Of a stretch of 64,000 nt of DNA, positions 58,471 through 64,000 are shown in pieces (position 1 is the stretch's first letter; every line of letters begins with the position of its first letter). The notes below the pieces were generated by a model. It worked only from the letters and a program-made list of their open reading frames with translations. It did not search any database and was not told the origin of the DNA. The translations under genes were made by a program, and so were the position numbers. The DNA is from Rhodospirillaceae bacterium (GTDB lineage: Bacteria; Pseudomonadota; Alphaproteobacteria; SP197): NCBI GenBank assembly GCA_002722885.1, contig PBNE01000002.1, forward strand, positions 258,278 through 322,277. Direction: 5' to 3'.

Positions 58471-59451
58471 TCAGGCCGCCGTCTTGGCCTCGAAGCGGTC
58501 GGGATACTCGTTGACCAGATGGCGGGCGTAACTCACCGCCGGGCCACCTGACGGCGCGACGACGTCGGTCTCGAAGTCCGGCTCGACAAACAGACCCACC
58601 GAGCAGCGGTCGAACCCCTGACTCAGGACACGATGCCGGGTGGCGTCCAGGCGCCCGCCAGTCAGCCCATGCATCAGGTCGCCCATGTGGATCGAGAGCA
58701 CATCGGCCCGTGCTTCCACCTCTCGCCAGACACTGTCGCGTCCCTGCATCTGCAGCCCGCCCCTGTGGTCCTGCCAGAGCACCGACATCAGGCCCGTGTC
58801 GATATGGGCACTTCCAACCAGGCGGCGGCCGTCGCCGATCTCATCGGGGGGCAAACCGTCTTCGGCGATCACTTCGAAGCCCTCAGGCATGGGGGCATAG
58901 TGCAACAACCGCAGGGTCCCGTTGCAGCTGCCTGCCGCCGCGATCACCGTCTCATCCCCGAGGCCCAGACCGCGCGCGGCTGCCGCCATCACGGCCACAC
59001 CGATCGCGCGTTCCTCGCGAAACAGCGAAAGCAGCTTCGTCCGCCATCCCACGACGGGCTCCCTGTCCGGCCAGACATTGTCCTCGCGGAAAGACTCCGC
59101 ACCCGGCACGTCGGGCGATGTCATTGCAGGTTCAGGCCCGATATCGAAGATCTCGTGGTGCGAAAAATGAGGTTCGTCGGGCAGGGGATAATAGCCGCGA
59201 TAGATGTTGGGATGGGTCGCACGGTCACTCTGTGTGGCACAGGCCATTTTGTCTTCCTGCCTAAGGTCGAAGAACCGCAGGATTTCGGAGATGCGGGTGT
59301 CATGGCCGTCGCAGCCCGGAAATCCAGTGGCGACAAAGCTGGCTTCGCTCTCCAGAACCTCCGCGATCCTTCGATCAAGGGCGGGTTCCGCGCCACCCGC
59401 AAAGAGCGGCGCGATGTCGAGCTCGGTCGTAGTGGGAATGGTCAACGTCAT
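58471..59451 (-). CDS. Isopenicillin N synthase-like Fe(II)/2OG oxygenase
   Basis: LDIAPL, YRGYY, LRLLHY, HIDTG, GGLQ, ATRHRV, RCS. Confidence 0.88.
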   Translation of the reverse strand: MTLTIPTTTELDIAPLFAGGAEPALDRRIAEVLESEASFVATGFPGCDGHDTRISEILRFFDLRQEDKMACATQSDRATHPNIYRGYYPLPDEPHFSHHEIFDIGPEPAMTSPDVPGAESFREDNVWPDREPVVGWRTKLLSLFREERAIGVAVMAAAARGLGLGDETVIAAAGSCNGTLRLLHYAPMPEGFEVIAEDGLPPDEIGDGRRLVGSAHIDTGLMSVLWQDHRGGLQMQGRDSVWREVEARADVLSIHMGDLMHGLTGGRLDATRHRVLSQGFDRCSVGLFVEPDFETDVVAPSGGPAVSYARHLVNEYPDRFEAKTAA

Positions 59452-59461
59452 CGCTACCGTC

Positions 59462-60472
59462 TCACTCCGCGACAGCGTCGCCCATGACATCGGCGTAGTG
59501 GTCGAGACCGGCAAAATCATGCTTCATGTGATCGGCGTAGGTGATCGGCGGCGCCCCGGAATCATGACTGATAACGGCCGTGAACATCGGCTCCAGGAAC
59601 ATACCCATGGAGCAACGATCGCGTCCCGTGCCGATGACCCGGTGCGGCGTCCCTTTCAGGCGTCCCTCCGTCATCTTTTCGAGCGCCTGACCGCAATGGA
59701 TTGACAACGCCCCGGGCCGTGCAGGAACCTCGCGCCACCGGCCGTCATCACCTTCGTACTGCAAGCCGCCGACATCGTCCTGCCAGAGCAGCGACAGCGC
59801 GCAGGCATCGACATGGCTTCGTGTGATGATCCTTCGACCCATTCCGTCGACCACTTCGGGCAGTTCTTCGCCGGTCGCCGCAACAAAGTCATCGGGGACA
59901 GGCGGGTAATGCAAGATGCGCAGGGTTCCGTTGTCGTCGTCGAAAGCCGCCATGAAGGTGTCGACATCAAGCGCCAGAGACCGTGCGAGAGCCGCCATCA
60001 CCGCCACGACGATCTCGCGTAGTTCGGCAAGAAGCGCGAGAGCCTCATCAGCCCAACCCGGCTTCGGCGCGGGATCCGGCCATTGGTTCATCTCCTCCAG
60101 GAAAACCTTCACAGGGTGGCCATCCGGTGCCTGTGAGGGCATAGCGGGTCCGTAGTCGAAGATCTCGTTGTGTGCCCAGCCCCGACTACGCGGAAGCGGG
60201 AAGAAGCCGCGATAACAATGGCTGGCCTCGGGTCGGAAACGACGTGTGGCGAGCGCCATGCGCTGGTCTTCCGGTAGATCAAAGAAGGTCAGCAAGCGAC
60301 CGATCCGCGCGTCGAGTTCGTCGCTGCGGGGAAAGCCTGTTGTGATGAAACCGTTGCACCGTTTCATGGCAGAAAGCACGGCCCGGTCGGTCTCGATGCC
60401 AGCGCCGGATGATCCGGCCTGAAACAACGCAGCGATATCAACGGTGGCGATGCCTTCGAGGCGCTCGCTCAT
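59462..60472 (-). CDS. Isopenicillin N synthase-like Fe(II)/2OG oxygenase
   Basis: VDIAAL, YRGFF, LRILHYP, HVDAC, GGLQ, GTPHRV, RCS. Confidence 0.88.
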   Translation of the reverse strand: MSERLEGIATVDIAALFQAGSSGAGIETDRAVLSAMKRCNGFITTGFPRSDELDARIGRLLTFFDLPEDQRMALATRRFRPEASHCYRGFFPLPRSRGWAHNEIFDYGPAMPSQAPDGHPVKVFLEEMNQWPDPAPKPGWADEALALLAELREIVVAVMAALARSLALDVDTFMAAFDDDNGTLRILHYPPVPDDFVAATGEELPEVVDGMGRRIITRSHVDACALSLLWQDDVGGLQYEGDDGRWREVPARPGALSIHCGQALEKMTEGRLKGTPHRVIGTGRDRCSMGMFLEPMFTAVISHDSGAPPITYADHMKHDFAGLDHYADVMGDAVAE

Positions 60473-60646
60473 GTCCGAATCTCCGGCTCCGCGGAAGGGC
60501 GGTCGGACAAGGCGCAAACAACCATCCGACTCGCCTCCTGGGGGGGTAAAAGATGGTCCTTGTTCGCGAGACGCCGTGTACCAGACGACGCGGTAACCAT
60601 GAAAGAGATGGTCACGCCGGTCAAGAAGACAGCAAGGGCCAGTCGG

Positions 60647-61042
60647 CTAAAGGCTGACGATCTGTCCGTCGCCCACAGTCTGATAGAAGGTGACCAGACC
60701 GGTGACCTCGACACCGAGATCGTCGCGCAACGCATCTTCGGCGACATCCAGGCCCTTGAGCCCGGCCTCGCAGACCATCATGCCGACGTCGAGCGCCGTG
60801 CAGGCCTGGAGCAGGGTCTCCATGTCGGCCACACCCCGGCCCTTGAGGTCGTCGTCGCGGTCCGAACCCGCCAACCTGCGCCAGCCTTCCCCGGACTCCA
60901 GTAGCGGCACGGCATCCATGGTGACAAACACGGTGACCGGACGGTCGATGGCGGCAGCCGCCGATGCCATCATCAGCGCGTAGTGCACACGGGTGTAGTC
61001 GCCCGAGAGCACGACAAGCCCGAGCGGCGTGGCAACGGTCAC
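60647..61042 (-). CDS. DsrE/DsrF/DrsH-like family protein
   Basis: SGDYTRVHYALMMASAAAA...VTVFVTM...VCEAG; GTGA overlap with moeB. Confidence 0.78.
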   Translation of the reverse strand: MTVATPLGLVVLSGDYTRVHYALMMASAAAAIDRPVTVFVTMDAVPLLESGEGWRRLAGSDRDDDLKGRGVADMETLLQACTALDVGMMVCEAGLKGLDVAEDALRDDLGVEVTGLVTFYQTVGDGQIVSL

Positions 61043-61863
61043 GACTGGCTCTTCTTCGCGTGGGCGGCGTGGCCGCTGAGGTGGGTGATCGTGGCCTGGC
61101 TGCCGCACAGCGCACAGTCGGTATCCTTGCCGTAGCCGACACGACGGAACTCGGTGCCCAGGGCGTCATAGATCACCAGCGTGCCGACCAGGCTTTCGCC
61201 GATCCCGAGGATTTCCTTGAGCACCTCGGCGGTCTGCAAGGTGCCCATAACACCCGCGATCGCGCCGAAAATCCCGGCCTCGGAACACGACGGCACCAGC
61301 CCTTCGGGCGGCATCTCCGGGAACAGGCAGCGGTAGCAGGGATTATTATCACCCTCATGGGCCTTGAAGGTCGTGAGCTGGCCGTCGAACCGCATCATCG
61401 CGGCGCTGACCAGGGGCTTGCCTGCCATAAAGCAGGCGTCGTTGATCAGATAGCGGGTCGGGAAGTTGTCGGTGCCATCACACACGAGGTCATAGCCGGA
61501 GATGATCTCCAGCGCGTTGTGATACTCCAGCCGCTCCTGATGACAGATGATCTCGACGCCGGGATTGAGCGCCTTGACCATGGTCTCCGCACTGGCGGTC
61601 TTCTCCACACCGACCCTGTCTGTGGTGTGCGCGATCTGGCGCTGCAGATTCGACAGCTCGACCCGGTCGTTGTCGACCACACCCAGGGTGCCGACACCGG
61701 CGGCGGCCAGATACATCAGCAGCGGTGCTCCGAGTCCACCGGCACCGACGATGAGCACCCTGGCGTTGAGCAGCTTGACCTGCCCCTCCCCGCCGACCTC
61801 GGGCATGACGATATGCCGGGCATAACGGTTAAGCTGGTCTTCGGTGAAATCAGTGATCTCCAT
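61039..61863 (-). CDS. moeB: Molybdopterin-synthase adenylyltransferase (HesA/MoeB/ThiF)
   Basis: RYARHI, GAGGLG, SNLQRQ, DGTDNF, CYRC and CALC zinc motifs. Confidence 0.93.
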   Translation of the reverse strand: MEITDFTEDQLNRYARHIVMPEVGGEGQVKLLNARVLIVGAGGLGAPLLMYLAAAGVGTLGVVDNDRVELSNLQRQIAHTTDRVGVEKTASAETMVKALNPGVEIICHQERLEYHNALEIISGYDLVCDGTDNFPTRYLINDACFMAGKPLVSAAMMRFDGQLTTFKAHEGDNNPCYRCLFPEMPPEGLVPSCSEAGIFGAIAGVMGTLQTAEVLKEILGIGESLVGTLVIYDALGTEFRRVGYGKDTDCALCGSQATITHLSGHAAHAKKSQS

Positions 61864-61908
61864 AGCGTCTAAGGTGGGCGGGCACGGCGGCCTTGGCAAC
61901 CCCGGGGA

Positions 61909-62217
61909 CTAACGCTCGCCCGGCGGAATATCCTTCACCAACGCCGCAAAGGCGGCGATGTCCACTTTGTCATAGCTCAGATGGACACGTTCGGTGAACG
62001 CGGGCTGGTGCTGCAACTACGCGCCATCGCGCCGGGCTTTTTTAGGCCGGATCTGTCGCGGCACAAATCCGCCGCCGCAGTTGAGACAGACATTGTGGAG
62101 GTGATTCTCCACACAGTCCGCGCAGAACGTGCACTCGTAGGTGCAGATGCGGGCATCCGGCGCATCAGGTGGCAGGTCCTTGTCTCAGAACTCACAGTTG
62201 GGGCGCAGATCGAGCAT
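61909..62217 (-). pseudogene. DUF1272 family pseudogene
   Basis: MLDLRPNCEF-TGA(62187-62185)-DKDLPP...ICTYECTFCADC...CLNCGGG...GA-TAG(62019-62017)-LQHQP...DIPPGER*; missed by the ORF track. Confidence 0.85.
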
Positions 62218-62226
62218 GGGTTTGTC

Positions 62227-62676
62227 TTAGTTTGTGCCGGTCGAACCGTGGCCACCGGTACCACGCTCGGTTTCGTCGAGCCAGTCGACCTCGGCCAACG
62301 CCACCTGGGCGACGGGTGCCACCACCATCTGTGCGATCCGCTCGCCACGACGGACCGTGAACGATACCTGGCCATGGTTGATCAGCAGCACCTTCACCTC
62401 GCCCCGATAGTCGGCATCGACCGTACCGGGACTGTTCAGCACAGTGATGGCGTGTTTAGCGGCAAGGCCGGAGCGCGGCCGGATTTGTGCTTCGAACCCG
62501 TCGGGCAACGCGATCGCCAGACCGGTCGGGACCATGGTGTAACGGCCAGGTTCGAGGACGACGTCGTCCTCCAGGGCGGCACGCAGGTCCATGCCGGCCG
62601 AGCCCGGCGTGGCATAGGACGGAAGCTCCAGCCCCTCACCGTGAGCCAGGCGTTGAACACGAACCCGGACGCTCAT
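62227..62676 (-). CDS. dut: dUTP diphosphatase
   Basis: [37 protein letters not shown]. Confidence 0.97.
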   Translation of the reverse strand: MSVRVRVQRLAHGEGLELPSYATPGSAGMDLRAALEDDVVLEPGRYTMVPTGLAIALPDGFEAQIRPRSGLAAKHAITVLNSPGTVDADYRGEVKVLLINHGQVSFTVRRGERIAQMVVAPVAQVALAEVDWLDETERGTGGHGSTGTN

Positions 62677-63878
62677 GCGGCGAGATGGTCCGCAATGGTG
62701 TGGGCCAGACGTTCGGCGACCTGCTTCTTGGAGGCACGCGGCCAATCCTCGATACCCGCAGCGGTGACGAGATGAACCGTGTTGTCATCACCCCCGAAGG
62801 TCCCGGTGCCTTCGGAAACATCGTTGGCGACGATCCAGTCGCAGCCCTTCCTGGCCAGCTTGTCTGCGGCATAGGCCGCGATATCGCCAGTTTCTGCGGC
62901 AAAGCCGACGACAAGCTGCGGACGGCGGTCGTTGCGCGCCGAGAGCGTCGCCAGAATGTCGGGATTTTCGGCAAACGCGAGACTGGGAAGACCGCCCTCA
63001 CCCTTCTTGATCTTGCTCGCCGCCGCCTGTGCCACACGCCAGTCGGCCACAGCTGCAGCACAAACCGCGACATCGGCTGGCAGCGCGCTCTCGCAGGCCG
63101 CCAGCATGTCCCGCGCCGTCTCGACACGCACGACGTCGACTCCGGCGGGATCGTCGAGCGCTACGGGGCCGGAGACCAGGGTCACGCGGGCACCGAGCCG
63201 GGCGCAGGCTGCCGCGATGGCATGGCCCTGCTTGCCGGAGCTGCGGTTGGCGATGTAGCGCACGGTATCGATCGGCTCATGGGTCGGCCCGCTGGTCACC
63301 AGCGCATGACGTCCGGCGAGCGGACGATCCGCCGCCCCGGCGAGCCGCGCTTCAATGGCCGCCACAATATCAGCGGGCTGGCTCATCCGGCCGGAGCCGA
63401 CCTCGCCACACGCGAGATCACCGGCTTCGGGACCGATCATGGCGACACCGTCTGCCAGCAGTTGCGATGCGTTGCGCCGGGTCGCGGCGTGATCCCACAT
63501 CATGGTGTTCATGGCAGGTGCGATCAGCACCGGCTTGTCGGTCGCCAGAAGCACGGTGGTGGCGAGATCGTCGGCGAGGCCGGCAGCCATGCGCGCCATC
63601 AGATCGGCCGTTGCGGGTGCGACGACCACGAGATCGGCCTCACGGCTAAGCCGGATGTGACCCATCTCGGCTTCATCGGTGAGCGAAAAGAGTTCGGTAA
63701 AGACCTTGTCGCCGGACAGCGCCGCTGCAGACAGCGGGGTGATGAACTGTTGTGCGCCCGAGGTCATGACGCAGCGCACGGCCGCACCCCTGCCCTGCAG
63801 CAGGCGAATCAGTTCGAGTGACTTGTAGGCAGCGATCCCGCCGCCAATGACCAGAAGAATGCGTTTGCCGTCGAGCAT
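62673..63878 (-). CDS. coaBC: Bifunctional phosphopantothenoylcysteine decarboxylase/synthetase
   Basis: [38 protein letters not shown]; start ATG 63878. Confidence 0.97.
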   Translation of the reverse strand: MLDGKRILLVIGGGIAAYKSLELIRLLQGRGAAVRCVMTSGAQQFITPLSAAALSGDKVFTELFSLTDEAEMGHIRLSREADLVVVAPATADLMARMAAGLADDLATTVLLATDKPVLIAPAMNTMMWDHAATRRNASQLLADGVAMIGPEAGDLACGEVGSGRMSQPADIVAAIEARLAGAADRPLAGRHALVTSGPTHEPIDTVRYIANRSSGKQGHAIAAACARLGARVTLVSGPVALDDPAGVDVVRVETARDMLAACESALPADVAVCAAAVADWRVAQAAASKIKKGEGGLPSLAFAENPDILATLSARNDRRPQLVVGFAAETGDIAAYAADKLARKGCDWIVANDVSEGTGTFGGDDNTVHLVTAAGIEDWPRASKKQVAERLAHTIADHLAA

Positions 63879-63891
63879 CGGTCCGATTCCG

Positions 63892-63911
63892 TTGTGCAGT
63901 GCACAATATAG
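63892..63911 (-). promoter_or_regulatory. Palindrome TTGTGCA-N-TGCACAA abutting a CTATAT -10 element upstream of coaBC
   Basis: Perfect 7-1-7 inverted repeat at 63892-63906; CTATAT on the minus strand at 63911-63906. Confidence 0.5.
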
Positions 63912-64000
63912 GCGATCCCGCGCCGTCTTGCACCGTCCGCGCATCAGTGCCCTGAAACGCAGAGAGGCGGGTCAGTCGTGACCCCCCTCCAGTCAGGTGT

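Noticed and set aside
54991-60472. Beta-lactam (cephamycin-like) biosynthetic cluster suggested by CmcJ-like plus two IPNS-like genes
   Set aside because: No ACV synthetase/NRPS, epimerase, CmcI or resistance gene is present, and these folds are widespread with unrelated substrates.
25211-62019. Recurrent in-frame TAG codons suggesting amber recoding or pyrrolysine
   Set aside because: They fall at positions expected to be different residues (Trp, Tyr, Ser, Gln/Glu), each one substitution from TAG. TAA and TGA stops and frameshifts occur in the same set of genes, and TAG is the normal stop of several intact genes.
62185-62187. In-frame TGA at a conserved Cys (CxxU) in the DUF1272 gene: possible second selenoprotein
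   Set aside because: The same gene has a second in-frame stop (TAG 62019-62017) and apparent missense decay (CLNC and RQIRP where the family has CPNC and RPIRP). A TGC/TGT-to-TGA nonsense change in a pseudogene is simpler.
2203-63821. Many long antisense or alternate-frame ORFs (e.g. 3667-5076, 17866-19563, 36127-37830, 47257-48693)
   Set aside because: They shadow well-supported genes, as expected in high-GC coding DNA, and show no family motifs.
1-64000. CRISPR arrays, tRNA/rRNA genes, prophage or defence systems
   Set aside because: I recognised no regularly spaced repeats, cloverleaf or rRNA-like tracts, integrases or phage/defence proteins; a short RNA gene could be missed by eye.

Overview
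GC-rich chromosomal window from a probable alphaproteobacterium. The assignment rests on the maeB-mutS-glnD and coaBC-dut-moeB blocks, the SH3 protein/2-hydroxyacid dehydrogenase pair, DUF1491 and a large NAD-glutamate dehydrogenase. Core genes alternate with accessory genes for oxidative amine and N-methyl metabolism: an N-methylglutamate dehydrogenase/sarcosine oxidase-type four-subunit operon plus an orphan second beta subunit, three Rieske oxygenase alpha subunits, five intact Fe(II)/2-oxoglutarate oxygenases, PuuD/SpuC-like polyamine enzymes and an imine-reductase-like protein. The strongest hidden signal is a gene the ORF track splits in two. ORFs 11144-11602 and 10409-11125 (minus strand) are one reading frame joined by an in-frame TGA in a V-U-P-A-C (UxxC) motif, followed by a bacterial SECIS-like hairpin. 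This predicts a 397-aa PrdB/GrdB-like selenoprotein with a long C-terminal extension and no reductase partner subunits in the window. About nine pseudogenes or gene relics suggest ongoing erosion. There is also a ~9 kb oxygenase/adenylate cyclase islet and several strong intergenic palindromes. I recognised no rRNA, tRNA, CRISPR array or transposase. All family calls are from motif recognition by eye, not database searches.
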